Positions 9,331 to 19,708 are shown, counted from the stretch's first letter. The stretch is DNA of 64,000 nt from Bifidobacteriaceae bacterium (GCA_963661415.1 CAVLCI010000001.1:468-64467), one strand, 5' to 3'. The notes: generated from the letters alone by a model not told the origin. Translations and numbers: made by a program.

Positions 9331-10081
9331 ATAATGTCTTTAGTATTTCTAATGCTTGCGCAACACTATCTACGATATAATCAGCTTTCTCTTTTACTTT
9401 TTTGTCAGAAGTTGTAAATGTAAAGGAAATATCTACTTGTTCTAATAATGGGATATCATTGAAGGAATCTCCAATTCCTGCGATTTTATCAATTTTCAAA
9501 GCTTCTTTTAATTTCATCGCACCATTTCCTTTGGATACACCATAATGAATGACATCCAACCAGTTTTGATTTTGATATGCATCAATTGTCCCAACAAAAG
9601 CTGCATTGATATCTGTTGTTAACTTTTCTGCTTCCTCTAAAGAAGGTGTCCAAACAGAAATGGCTGTAATATGTTTTCCATCTAATTCTTTCACGTCAGA
9701 AAGAACGGTTTGTGAAGGATATTGTTTCTTTCTTGTATATAACGTATATATACGACCATCCGCATGTATATAAAGATCCGCTCTTCCTTCACATAGTTTT
9801 TGTACATCATCTACTTGTTGATAAGTAATCGTTTCTTCATAAATCGTTTTGTCTTTTTCTGTAACGATTCCACCTGTCGAAGCAATAATAAAATCTAAAT
9901 TTGGTCCACCATCTAGATCCCCTTCAAATCCTAATAGTGGTCTACCTGTACATAAACCAAATAAATTTCCTTCTTGTTGAAAAGCTTTGATTGCGTTTAA
10001 ATCTTCTTCTTTAAAATATCCTTGATGATCTTCACTTACAAAGTGAAGTGTTCCATCAAAGTCACTTGCCATCGCTAACAT
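9329..10081 (-). CDS. HAD superfamily hydrolase, subfamily IIB (Cof-like)
   Basis: SDFDGTL, CTGR, VSKG, GDSFND motifs; RBS GAGGT before ATG 10081. Confidence 0.92.
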   Translation of the reverse strand: MLAMASDFDGTLHFVSEDHQGYFKEEDLNAIKAFQQEGNLFGLCTGRPLLGFEGDLDGGPNLDFIIASTGGIVTEKDKTIYEETITYQQVDDVQKLCEGRADLYIHADGRIYTLYTRKKQYPSQTVLSDVKELDGKHITAISVWTPSLEEAEKLTTDINAAFVGTIDAYQNQNWLDVIHYGVSKGNGAMKLKEALKIDKIAGIGDSFNDIPLLEQVDISFTFTTSDKKVKEKADYIVDSVAQALEILKTL

Positions 10082-10107
10082 AATTTGTACCTCACGAAAT
10101 AAATTAT

Positions 10108-10345
10108 ATAAAAAACAGAATTCAATTGCGAATGAAACAATCAAATTCTGTTTTTCAATAATGATTTCTTATACTCGGAATGCCGTTCACACGGATGTGA
10201 TATCTAGCACTCTGCACCCATAGGCCTCCTTCCAAAGAGTAACTTGTATCTCTACAAATTAACCATACGAATGTTGAACTGATTGGCAAATGATTCCAAT
10301 CATTCTGTATATGTAATTTATAAACTATTTCTTTCTTTTTTTCAA
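10108..10345 (-). ncRNA. Unassigned structured leader RNA / attenuator (promoter, hairpins, MGAEC mini-ORF, terminator)
   Basis: TTGAAA-17-TATAAA promoter (10345-10317); AAGGAGG RBS + ATG GGT GCA GAG TGC TAG; stem GAGUGCU/GGCAUUC enclosing UCACA-UCCG-UGUGA; long terminator hairpin 10111-10155. Confidence 0.55.
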
Positions 10346-10347
10346 GT

Positions 10348-11013
10348 TCAAAAAGGTTCTTCATCAGACAATAAAAGCGTATGTACCGTCAAAAATAAGA
10401 TTGCGATGAACGAAATCGTTCCAGTGATACTTAACACTGTATTTCTTGTACTCATCTCTAAAATATAGTTATCATACAATCCTGCAATCAATATAAACAA
10501 GCCTGTAATAGCTGCAGATAAATTAATCATCCTTAAAGCAGTCCACAACATCCCGAACTTACGATCTCGAATGGCATTCGTTAAACTCGCCCAAAAACCA
10601 AACAAAATATAAATAATCATTAAATAAAATACACCAACACCATAATGAAACGATCCTTCTCCATAAGTCACGATTAATATAAATGCGCCAAAGATCAAAT
10701 TCAAACAAGCTAATAAAATACCAATAGAAGTTACACCTTTTTTTCGAACAATTGCACGTTTTTCTTCATCTTCTGCAGCACTAACCAATTGTGTTACTTT
10801 AGACCAATGCGTTCTCAATAAGGCAATGCTTCCATAATACGCAGTAACAATTCCCATCCAAATAGATTTTAAACGAATCGTTTCTTCCAAATACAACAAA
10901 ACAAACCCATAGTTTGTCCATGTTGAAATTTCAAAAATCAACCAACTCATAAAGATGCGGTTGTTTTTAGCTGTTTTTAATATCGTTCTTTGAATAGATT
11001 CATTTTCTTTCAT
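10348..11013 (-). CDS. Hypothetical integral membrane protein
   Basis: 221 aa with about six hydrophobic segments. Confidence 0.7.
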   Translation of the reverse strand: MKENESIQRTILKTAKNNRIFMSWLIFEISTWTNYGFVLLYLEETIRLKSIWMGIVTAYYGSIALLRTHWSKVTQLVSAAEDEEKRAIVRKKGVTSIGILLACLNLIFGAFILIVTYGEGSFHYGVGVFYLMIIYILFGFWASLTNAIRDRKFGMLWTALRMINLSAAITGLFILIAGLYDNYILEMSTRNTVLSITGTISFIAILFLTVHTLLLSDEEPF

Positions 11014-11141
11014 TTCTCATAGTTTACTAGGTTTTAACAGATTTTTCATTATTCATTTACTTTCACGTTCTTTTTGTGTTCTTATTTATATTATTTGTGT
11101 TTGTTTTGATATAAAATAAAACACAGAAAGGAAATTTATCT

Positions 11142-11372
11142 ATGGCACAACAAACTTTTTCTATTCGAATGGATGAAAACCTAAAGAAAGAATTTGATTC
11201 ATTAGTTGAAGAAATGGGCATGAATGCAACAACTGCTTTTAACATTTTTGCACGTGCTGTTGTTAGAGAAAAAAAGATTCCATTTGAAATCAACACAAAA
11301 GAATCAAAAAAAGAACAAAAACTCACAAAGAAACAATTATTAGAACTCCTTAACACAATGTCGAATGATTAA
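11142..11372 (+). CDS. RelB/DinJ family antitoxin (RHH), no adjacent toxin
   Basis: FSIRMDENLKKEFDSLVEEMGMNATTAFNIFARAVVREKKIPFEI. Confidence 0.9.
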   Translation: MAQQTFSIRMDENLKKEFDSLVEEMGMNATTAFNIFARAVVREKKIPFEINTKESKKEQKLTKKQLLELLNTMSND

Positions 11373-12459
11373 ACGAAAAAGAAGGAACATTGATCTTGAT
11401 GATACAGTAGAACTTCCTGTAATTGACGCTCAAGATCATCATTCAAAAATAGATCCCTTTAAGATCCTTTTGCCATTTGTCGCAAAAGTAGGTATCTTTC
11501 TTGGAATCATTCTTTCATGTACCCTTTTATTCCGTGCGATTTATCTACATACATATGGGAAAACAATTTCTTTATTGGATGATCAACAAATCACATTCCT
11601 TGGTACAAATGGAAATGGAACAATATCTTCTTTTCATCCTGAAAGCACTGCACTAAAACAATTAAAAGATGATTATCGAAATCTACAAAGAAACAAAAAA
11701 GATACAACCAATTTAGGCACATTAATCAAATCCATTGACTGTTCTTTCTCTCAAAGCAATCAATTATCTAATGGAATGGTCATTACATATGCTTGTTCCT
11801 ATAATCATAAAGCCGCAAAAAAAGCTAAATACAATTTCACAAATACCACAAAAACATATATCGTTAAAAATCTCAAACAAGTTCAACAAATCGATGTATT
11901 TGACAATCTACAAACTGCATGGACTTATCAAGATGGAATTCCATCTTTATCGATTACAAATAATCAATATTCTGATTTAGATATTTTATATTCTTATACG
12001 TTAGATTCTAATCATTCAGCCATAATTACTGCATCTTTTAATGAAGAGGATTTATTGAAAAAAGGATATCAAATCACATATACATCTAAAACTATTGAAA
12101 TCCCACAACTTACATTAGATTCATCAGAAACAATCACTTCCTTCTTTCAAGAATACGAAACTACAGTATCAAATGATTTAGCACTATGTTCTTCATATTC
12201 TTTTGGGAAAGAAGAAATCAATGCATATGATCCAACATTTCAATCATATACTATCAATGATGATGGAACTATTACAGTCATTTATAACATTCACAATTTA
12301 TACACTGATCTTTATCCTTCCTATTATTCCTTTGTAATATCGTATACTGGTTATTTATATGAAGGCCAAAACCAAACTATTATTTTTTCTACAAATACAC
12401 ACCACACTTGTATGTATGATGGGTTTTCTCAAAACTATCAAATCAAAGAAAAAGAGTGA
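11365..12459 (+). CDS. Hypothetical single-pass membrane protein with large extracellular domain
   Basis: One TM (VGIFLGIILSCTLLF), then F.GTNGNG and LSNG..ITY motifs; overlaps relB stop. Confidence 0.7.
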   Translation: MIKRKRRNIDLDDTVELPVIDAQDHHSKIDPFKILLPFVAKVGIFLGIILSCTLLFRAIYLHTYGKTISLLDDQQITFLGTNGNGTISSFHPESTALKQLKDDYRNLQRNKKDTTNLGTLIKSIDCSFSQSNQLSNGMVITYACSYNHKAAKKAKYNFTNTTKTYIVKNLKQVQQIDVFDNLQTAWTYQDGIPSLSITNNQYSDLDILYSYTLDSNHSAIITASFNEEDLLKKGYQITYTSKTIEIPQLTLDSSETITSFFQEYETTVSNDLALCSSYSFGKEEINAYDPTFQSYTINDDGTITVIYNIHNLYTDLYPSYYSFVISYTGYLYEGQNQTIIFSTNTHHTCMYDGFSQNYQIKEKE

Positions 12460-12471
12460 TTTCTCACTCTT
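12452..12471. terminator. Bidirectional terminator
   Basis: AAGAGTGA-TTTC-TCACTCTT between convergent genes. Confidence 0.65.
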
Positions 12472-13327
12472 AGTCAAATGTATGTAATTGTGGAATGTGT
12501 TTATATAACGCTTTTGCGATGCCATCATGTTCATTGTCATCTGTGATTTCATCCGCAATATCTTTTACACATTGTTGTGCATTTCCCATCGCTACACCAA
12601 TGCCAGCAAACTTCAACATCGAAATATCATTCTCTGCATCTCCAAAAGCAATACATTCTTCTGGTAGAATTCCAAGCTTATCCATCGCAACTGTCAAAGC
12701 TTTTCCTTTATCAACACCATTAGCGGTATATTCATAATAGAAGTTCGCAGTAAACATCATTGAAAGTTCTCCTTCGAATGGTGCAGACATTTCTTTATAA
12801 TGTGCTTGTAAGTAATCAGAATCACCAGCCGTTAAGATTTTATTGACTGGTCCATCTACAAATGATTCTAAGTCTTCTACTTCCATTAACTTATAACCAT
12901 TCATACGTGATTCATATTCAATCACATTAAATTCTCTATCTCCATCTTTTACCATGCAGTTGTATACATCTTCTACAACCATATGAGAACCATGTGTAAT
13001 CATTGGTCTTACATCAAAATTCTTCATATGAGCCAATACTCTTTGTGTTGTTTCCTTTGGAATCGTTACATTGACATATACTTCACCTGTTTGACAATCC
13101 ACTACACGTGCCCCGTTGTAACAAACAAAGATTCCATTATGCATTTTCATGTCTAATTGATCCCCATATTGAAAGATACCTTTCGCAGGTCTACCACTAG
13201 CGATTACCAATCGAATTCCGTAGCTTTGTGCATTCATCAATGCTTTTTTTGTTTCTTCTGTAATTTCTTTTTTATGATTTGTTAATGTTCCATCAATATC
13301 TAATAAGATTGCTTTTATTGTTGCCAT
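12470..13327 (-). CDS. Cof-type HAD-IIB hydrolase
   Basis: LDIDGTL, ASGRP, YNGA, VDKG, FGDAEND, AMGNA motifs. Confidence 0.95.
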   Translation of the reverse strand: MATIKAILLDIDGTLTNHKKEITEETKKALMNAQSYGIRLVIASGRPAKGIFQYGDQLDMKMHNGIFVCYNGARVVDCQTGEVYVNVTIPKETTQRVLAHMKNFDVRPMITHGSHMVVEDVYNCMVKDGDREFNVIEYESRMNGYKLMEVEDLESFVDGPVNKILTAGDSDYLQAHYKEMSAPFEGELSMMFTANFYYEYTANGVDKGKALTVAMDKLGILPEECIAFGDAENDISMLKFAGIGVAMGNAQQCVKDIADEITDDNEHDGIAKALYKHIPQLHTFD

Positions 13328-13355
13328 ACTATATTCCTCTGTCCACTATTTTAGC

Positions 13356-14387
13356 TTATCTTTCCAGTTTCGAAAACCTTGAAATCACAATCACAATACC
13401 AAGCATCATATACATCACAATAAATACTGTTTGATAATTCATATAGATTCCATCATATACATTTTGAAGTATCAATAAAACAACACATAACAATACACGA
13501 CTCATACCATCCATAGACATTTGTTTATCTAATTGATTCAATAAGATTTCTAATGCGATAAAAGACGCACCTACCAACAAAATCACAAAACTAAATAACA
13601 TTGATTTTTGAAGTGTCCAAATCGCTATTCCTATCATTGTAATTCCAAACGCAATTCTTTGAGAAATGGATGATGGTTTGTATTTTTGTTCTATGATGCT
13701 TATTAAAATCAATCCAATCCCTAAACCCAAATAATACACAATGATATTTTTGAAATAAAACAATGTTCCTTCTTGATGAATCTGTATCATCGCAAGTGCA
13801 GATACAACAAACACACCTAAAACACATCCATTCTTTAATAATTGTAGAATCGTTTGAATAACAATCTGTTTTTTATCTTTTGAAATAGAATCTTTTTTTT
13901 CTTGTTTTGGTAGATATTGAAATAAGAATACTGTTTCAATACACAAAAAGAATATATATTTACTAATTGTGATCCATCCTTGTAAATAAGCTGTATTCCA
14001 TAGAATCATACTAGAAACAAACATACAAATTGAATAGATCCAATTCTTATTTTTGTATCTCAAAAAACAATCCAATCCATTACACAACAATACAATTCCA
14101 CCAACACGAATATCTGAAATCGATATCAAAATCACAACCAGTACTGCATTCACAAACATACTGCTATTTTCTATTTCATCTTCTTCTTTTTTATTTTCTA
14201 TTAACAATTCAATCAAAAATTGTAATCCTAAAGCACCACTCATCGTCATCCATGTAAATAAAGTTATCCAAGCAGAAGTCATACCATCATAAAACATAGA
14301 TAAATTGACACTCAATCCATAGAAAAACAACACTTTCAAACAAAACATACCTGTGTGGTATACAGTCCAAACAATTTTATTCTTCAT
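13356..14387 (-). CDS. Hypothetical polytopic membrane protein
   Basis: 343 aa, about ten hydrophobic segments, coupled to upstream DUF2130 gene. Confidence 0.65.
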   Translation of the reverse strand: MKNKIVWTVYHTGMFCLKVLFFYGLSVNLSMFYDGMTSAWITLFTWMTMSGALGLQFLIELLIENKKEEDEIENSSMFVNAVLVVILISISDIRVGGIVLLCNGLDCFLRYKNKNWIYSICMFVSSMILWNTAYLQGWITISKYIFFLCIETVFLFQYLPKQEKKDSISKDKKQIVIQTILQLLKNGCVLGVFVVSALAMIQIHQEGTLFYFKNIIVYYLGLGIGLILISIIEQKYKPSSISQRIAFGITMIGIAIWTLQKSMLFSFVILLVGASFIALEILLNQLDKQMSMDGMSRVLLCVVLLILQNVYDGIYMNYQTVFIVMYMMLGIVIVISRFSKLER

Positions 14388-15657
14388 TTTGTTTTTTAGC
14401 TTCCTCTAATTTTTGACGTACACTTGGTGCATTTTTTGTAAGTTTACGAATCGTTAAATCTTGTGCTTTATCATTAGCTAAACGTAGTTGACGATCAGAT
14501 GAAGTCAAAGCGTCTTTAATTTTCTGTAAATGTTGAATAGATTTATCAATTTCATCAATTGCATCCTGAAACTTCTTAGAAGCAGATGCATAGTTTTTTC
14601 CAAATGCATCTTTAAATTGATTCATATTTTCTTCAAAATGAGATAAATCTAAATTGTTATTTTTTTCGACAATCAATTGTTTCTTATATTCCAAAGCATT
14701 CATTGCGGCATTTCTTAATAAAGTAATGATTGGAATAAAAAATTGTGGACGAATGACATACATCTTTTCATAACGATACGAAACATCAACGATTCCTTCG
14801 TTATACAATTCATTATCTGCTTCTAACATGGAACATAACACTGCATATTCACAATTCTTTTCTCTTCGATCTTTATCTAATTCTTTCAAAAAGTCTTCAT
14901 TCTTATGTTTTGTTGAAGTTGTTTCATTCTCATTCTTCATTTCAAACATAATAGAAATGATTTCTGTTCCTTCTTCATCAAAATCACGGAATATAAAATC
15001 TCCTTTAGAACCACTTCTTGCGTCATTATCTTTCTCAAAATATGCATTTGGAAACATTCCCATACGATTCTTATTGAATTCATAAGAACAATGTTGTTCT
15101 AAAGATTCTCCAATCATTTTAGTAGAAAGACGAATCTTAAAGTCTTTATATTGTTCTACCAATGCTTTTTGATCCGCAATTTCTCGATCTTTACTTTTGA
15201 TCATTTCATCATATTGTGTACGCATCTTTTCAGATTCTACATAGGATTGACTCTTTAATGTATCCATTTGTTTTTGAATTTCATGAATTTCAGTATTCTT
15301 TTTTTCACTTAGTTCTTGGATTGCTTGAGAAACTGCCAATTGTTTTTCTGTTTGTTGATTTTCTAATTGGCCTTTTAATTGTGCAATCAATTCTTTATTA
15401 GAAGAAGCATTCTTTTCTAAATTAACTTGGTATTCTGTTTCTTTTAATTTCAATTCATTTTTTAAAGATTCTAATTCTTTTTCTTTTGTTAATAATGCAT
15501 TTTTATTTTCTGTTTTAATTCTTGATTCTATTTCTTTTTCACGTTTTTGTAATTCTTCATCAAAAACATGATCCTTGATTTGTGTAACAATGGAACTATA
15601 GTCTGCTTCATTAATTGTAAAAACAGTACCACAATGTGGGCATTTGATTTGATTCAT
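14377..15657 (-). CDS. DUF2130 domain-containing protein
   Basis: IKCPHCG zinc ribbon, long coiled coil, STKMIGESLEQHC, GSKGDFIFRD, IMFEMKNE. Confidence 0.85.
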   Translation of the reverse strand: MNQIKCPHCGTVFTINEADYSSIVTQIKDHVFDEELQKREKEIESRIKTENKNALLTKEKELESLKNELKLKETEYQVNLEKNASSNKELIAQLKGQLENQQTEKQLAVSQAIQELSEKKNTEIHEIQKQMDTLKSQSYVESEKMRTQYDEMIKSKDREIADQKALVEQYKDFKIRLSTKMIGESLEQHCSYEFNKNRMGMFPNAYFEKDNDARSGSKGDFIFRDFDEEGTEIISIMFEMKNENETTSTKHKNEDFLKELDKDRREKNCEYAVLCSMLEADNELYNEGIVDVSYRYEKMYVIRPQFFIPIITLLRNAAMNALEYKKQLIVEKNNNLDLSHFEENMNQFKDAFGKNYASASKKFQDAIDEIDKSIQHLQKIKDALTSSDRQLRLANDKAQDLTIRKLTKNAPSVRQKLEEAKKQNEE

Positions 15658-15732
15658 ATACTTTCACCTCGCAATTATTATATTCTATTTTTATGTTGTT
15701 TCATGTTATTCTCTTTAGTAGGAGATTACAAT

Positions 15733-16386
15733 ATGTTTAAATTATTACCATGTAGTTACGCAAATAGTGAAGAAATCGTTGAATGGTTAGATGCTTGTAG
15801 TACACAAGGATATCTTGCCACAAAGATCAATAACATATACGCAAAATTTGAAAAAGTAGAACCAAAACGTTATTACCATTGTCAAATCAATTCTGTGACG
15901 GATCAAGCAGAATTTTCACAAAATGGAGCGTGTAGTAAAGATCACATCATTTATAAAATGAAAGAAAAAGGATTTCATTATGTTGGTAAATGTGGTTCTT
16001 ACTTATATTTTCAAACAGAGAACGAAAAACTTGTACAATATTTCGATACAAAAGAAAGACATCAAGCAGCTATTAAAAATGCATTGATTACACAAGTTCT
16101 TTTATTCATTGTATTTCTAATAATTACGATTCAAATTGAAAAAATTATTTTTAAAGAATTTGCTTCGAATCTAATTCTTAGAAATATTGAATTTGGATTA
16201 TTTCTATATCCATGTATCTATTCTTTGTTAGAACTTATAGAAGTTTTCAAAAAGAAAAAAGATGAGAATCCAATTCCCATCCATCAAAGAGAAGTAAAAG
16301 TATCTTCTTCTCTGCCAAATATCATCTTAAATATTTTATTTATTTTAATGATTTTGATTATATTGTTTCAAGGACTACTAGCGTAG
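15733..16386 (+). CDS. DUF2812-like membrane protein
   Basis: EWLDACSTQGY...AKFEK.EPKRYY...GFHYVG pattern followed by TM helices; RBS AGGAG before ATG 15733. Confidence 0.65.
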   Translation: MFKLLPCSYANSEEIVEWLDACSTQGYLATKINNIYAKFEKVEPKRYYHCQINSVTDQAEFSQNGACSKDHIIYKMKEKGFHYVGKCGSYLYFQTENEKLVQYFDTKERHQAAIKNALITQVLLFIVFLIITIQIEKIIFKEFASNLILRNIEFGLFLYPCIYSLLELIEVFKKKKDENPIPIHQREVKVSSSLPNIILNILFILMILIILFQGLLA

Positions 16387-17718
16387 TTCTTTTTCTTTCT
16401 TTGAAACAACAAATTTCATATAGATCACACACATGATAACTTGTAAGAAAGAAGAACAAGGTGTCGCAAGTCCAATCAAAAAAATATTGACTGGTCGGAT
16501 CATAGACATTAAATATGATACTGGAACTCTAATGCATAAAGCACCAATTAAATTTTCAGCCATGACAAACTTCGTATATCCACATCCATTAAAGAAACCT
16601 GCCATGTTGAAGAATATCGCTGTAAAGAAGCAATCAATTGCATACGCTTTGAGATACTGCCAACCTGCGGCAATAACTTGTGAATCATTTGAGAATAAAC
16701 CACATAAAACATCACCATGAAAGAATGATAGATATGCCATGACTAACGCTAAAACAAAGGAAGTAATCAAACCATATCGTAATCCTAAATGTGCTCGATT
16801 CATCTTTCTTGCACCATAATTCTGTGCAACAAAAGCAGCCATAGATTGTCCAAACGCACTTGGAATCAACATGATAAATGCACATACTTTTTCCGCAACA
16901 CCAACACCTGCACTTACGATTACACCAAATTGATTTACTAAGGCAACAATGACCAAGAATGATAATCCAACTAAAAAATCAGATAAGGCAAGCGGAAAAC
17001 CAAATTGAAATACTCTTTTTGTAATATCTTTATTAAAACGAATATTTTCTTTTTTCATATCAAAAGGTAATTGTATTTTTTGAATGATAAAAATAGAAAT
17101 CAAAACAGAAATAGCTTGTGAGGCTACTGTCGCAATTGCTGCACCAGATGCTCCCATATGCATCACATCCACAAAAAACAAATCTCCAAAGATATTAATC
17201 ACTGCCGCAATCGCTACAGAAACCAAAGGTAATCTTGAATTCCCAATCCCTCTAAATAAAGAGCCCAAAACATTGTAGGCAACAATAAAAATCATCCCAA
17301 CACTACAAATCCCAACATAATGTTCTGTCATTTTAAAAGCTTCTTCTGGAGCATTCATGATGGAACAAATATTACTGATATTCAATAACATAATGACTGA
17401 GAAAATCACCGCAACAATTCCAAAAAACACAATAGAAGCACCCACTGCTCTTCCTGCTTCTTCTTTTTTATTTTCGCCAATCAATTGTCCTAATAAGATC
17501 GTTGTTCCCATAGATAATCCCGCAACAACATTTGTAATTGTAGACATGATTTGTGAACCTGTAGATACCGCAGAAACATCTGCACTTGTCGCAAATTGTC
17601 CTACGACAAGAAGATCCACAGCTCCATACAACGACTGCAATACTAACGCAATCATCACTGGAATCGTGAATTTTAATAGTGGTCCTAAAATCTTTCCTTC
17701 TGTTAAACTACTTGACAT
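16378..17718 (-). CDS. MATE family efflux transporter
   Basis: LQSLYGAVDLLVVG, INIFGDL, GAAIAT, AQNYGA motifs. Confidence 0.95.
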   Translation of the reverse strand: MSSSLTEGKILGPLLKFTIPVMIALVLQSLYGAVDLLVVGQFATSADVSAVSTGSQIMSTITNVVAGLSMGTTILLGQLIGENKKEEAGRAVGASIVFFGIVAVIFSVIMLLNISNICSIMNAPEEAFKMTEHYVGICSVGMIFIVAYNVLGSLFRGIGNSRLPLVSVAIAAVINIFGDLFFVDVMHMGASGAAIATVASQAISVLISIFIIQKIQLPFDMKKENIRFNKDITKRVFQFGFPLALSDFLVGLSFLVIVALVNQFGVIVSAGVGVAEKVCAFIMLIPSAFGQSMAAFVAQNYGARKMNRAHLGLRYGLITSFVLALVMAYLSFFHGDVLCGLFSNDSQVIAAGWQYLKAYAIDCFFTAIFFNMAGFFNGCGYTKFVMAENLIGALCIRVPVSYLMSMIRPVNIFLIGLATPCSSFLQVIMCVIYMKFVVSKKEKELR

Positions 17719-17728
17719 ATATCCCTCC

Positions 17729-17849
17729 TAAAACAAAACCCGGACAAGAAAAAGGTTTCTCATCCTTTCTCTTATCCGGTTATCATTTCCTATGAATGAC
17801 TCACCTCCGAGACGATAGGTATTTTAACCAATTGATAAAATTCATGCAA
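17729..17849 (-). promoter_or_regulatory. Promoter plus attenuator leader of MATE gene
   Basis: TTGCAT-17-TAAAAT (17849-17821); internal GGAGG; 16-bp hairpin CCGGATAAGAGAAAGG/CCTTTTTCTTGTCCGG with U-tract just before the MATE RBS. Confidence 0.7.
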
Positions 17850-17890
17850 GTCAATGAACAAAAAAGCGTTTTAGCTATATAATTTTCATC

Positions 17891-19339
17891 ATGAAAGAAA
17901 AAATATATATCCTACAAAAAAGACATCGTTTACCACTAACTGTCATTCTATTATTATCTGTTGGATTTATTCTTTTGTTTTCTAAATCAACAAGTCCAAT
18001 TTCTTACTACTACAATGGAAATGATTCTTCTATTCCAATCACCATCGCAAGAGGCTGGTATTATAACATCATTCCATATCAAGATTTCTTTACAACCAAT
18101 GGTCCATGGATGTATTGGATCAGTCGCATTGGAATTGCCATGTTACATGGGAATAAATGTGGAATCATGATTATTCAAATCATGAATCTATTTCTGTTTC
18201 TGCTTTCTGTATATTCCATAACACAACTTGTCACAAAAAATAAAATCTATGCATGTACCGTGCTTTGTATTACAACTGTATTATTAAAAGGCAATTATCC
18301 AGATGGAATGTATTCCGAAGAATTCCTATTACCATGGATTGGATGGAGTTATTATTTTGTACTTCATTATTTTCAACAACATTCTCTTTCTTATATGCAC
18401 GCCTTATTTTTTGGAATTACACTTGGTATTACGATCATGTGTAATATATCTGGTTTAATTGCGTTAATTCCTATTCTATTTGTTTTTATTCATGTTTTAT
18501 TCCAGAAACAATGGAAGAAGTTATTATATGATTTGTTGTTAGTGATAGTTGGTTGTAGTTTGATTGTGATTCCATTTATTGTCTATTTTTATCATCAAGG
18601 TTGTTTAGATTCTATGTTATATGATGTATTTGAATATCAAACTGATACTTTCTTTCATACAACAAAAACATCCTATTACTATAAAACAGTCCTCTATTTA
18701 CGTATTCCTGTATTTCTTTCCTTTTTATCTTGTATTTTTTCTTTATTCAAAAAGAAATACATCCATAGTTTTATCTATGCATGTATTGGTTTTATTGAAA
18801 GTTATTATTTTTTACAGATGGATTTTTCTACAAATCTATCAATGTTTTGTATCATGAATGTTCCATTATTTTGTAATTCATTATTTGAATTATTTCCATC
18901 ACAAAGCCATCCTAAAACATCAACGATTCTTTGTTGTACACTATCTTTTCTATTTTTATATCGTTTATATGATAAAGATATTCAACGTTCTATTTATACT
19001 GCACAACAATATTCCATTTATAACAATCAAGGTTGGGAAGGGTTATTAGAAAATATTCCTTCTGAAGATTACGATAAACTTGTTGTATATGGCAGTAATA
19101 AGATGAATAACGCATATCTGTTATCCAATGCGATGCCTTGTTATAAATATTTTTTCTTACAAGATAAAATCGCTACACAAGATGAATATTTAAAACAAGA
19201 AATCATTCAAACATTTCAAACAAAGCTAGCAAAATGGATTTTATGTGATACGCACACTGAAACAATACAAAATCTATTAGATTCAGATTATGAATGTATT
19301 GATCACACAAGTATTTATTCCTTGTATAAAAGAAAATAA
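17891..19339 (+). CDS. GT-C fold membrane glycosyltransferase (ArnT/PMT-like)
   Basis: Polytopic; NDSSIP..IARG...IPYQDFF..GP and SEEFLLP motifs. Confidence 0.7.
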   Translation: MKEKIYILQKRHRLPLTVILLLSVGFILLFSKSTSPISYYYNGNDSSIPITIARGWYYNIIPYQDFFTTNGPWMYWISRIGIAMLHGNKCGIMIIQIMNLFLFLLSVYSITQLVTKNKIYACTVLCITTVLLKGNYPDGMYSEEFLLPWIGWSYYFVLHYFQQHSLSYMHALFFGITLGITIMCNISGLIALIPILFVFIHVLFQKQWKKLLYDLLLVIVGCSLIVIPFIVYFYHQGCLDSMLYDVFEYQTDTFFHTTKTSYYYKTVLYLRIPVFLSFLSCIFSLFKKKYIHSFIYACIGFIESYYFLQMDFSTNLSMFCIMNVPLFCNSLFELFPSQSHPKTSTILCCTLSFLFLYRLYDKDIQRSIYTAQQYSIYNNQGWEGLLENIPSEDYDKLVVYGSNKMNNAYLLSNAMPCYKYFFLQDKIATQDEYLKQEIIQTFQTKLAKWILCDTHTETIQNLLDSDYECIDHTSIYSLYKRK

Positions 19340-19645
19340 CACGATCTTCCGAAACAAAAATATCGTATCAGAAATTTCTACAATACGTTCACAACACCCT
19401 CTAGGTACGTTTTTACACGAACCCACTTTTATTGCGCTTAATTTATTTTCTGTCATTGTAGGATCATTATAAACAAAGAGAGTTGTTGGCTTTGTTAAGC
19501 TCATTGACTTTTGATTTCTTGCCATCTGCATAATAGCAATTTTTTCAAGTTCTACAATTATAATCATAGCAAATACATATAAGAATAAACAGACTGTAAT
19601 TTTAAACCTATTTTATATATTCTTTAGTAAAGAAAGGTGGAATTG

Positions 19646-19690
19646 ATGATGATTCCTTATAATCCTTCAAAATATAATCATGAAAAGTAA
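19646..19690 (+). CDS. Possible 14-aa leader peptide MMIPYNPSKYNHEK
   Basis: RBS AGAAAGGTGG directly upstream; ends just before RBS of next gene. Confidence 0.3.
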   Translation: MMIPYNPSKYNHEK

Positions 19691-19708
19691 CATTGAAAGG
19701 AGAATATC

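Noticed and set aside
10155..10364. 69-aa minus-strand ORF from the ORF track
   Set aside because: Spans the promoter and structured leader, no RBS; better explained as non-coding leader
19385..19430. GGGTTCGTGTAAAAAC (minus strand) resembling an IS terminal inverted repeat, with short ORFs 19283-19567 and 19290-19472
   Set aside because: No partner inverted repeat, target duplication or transposase motif found; ORFs lack RBS and recognisable domains
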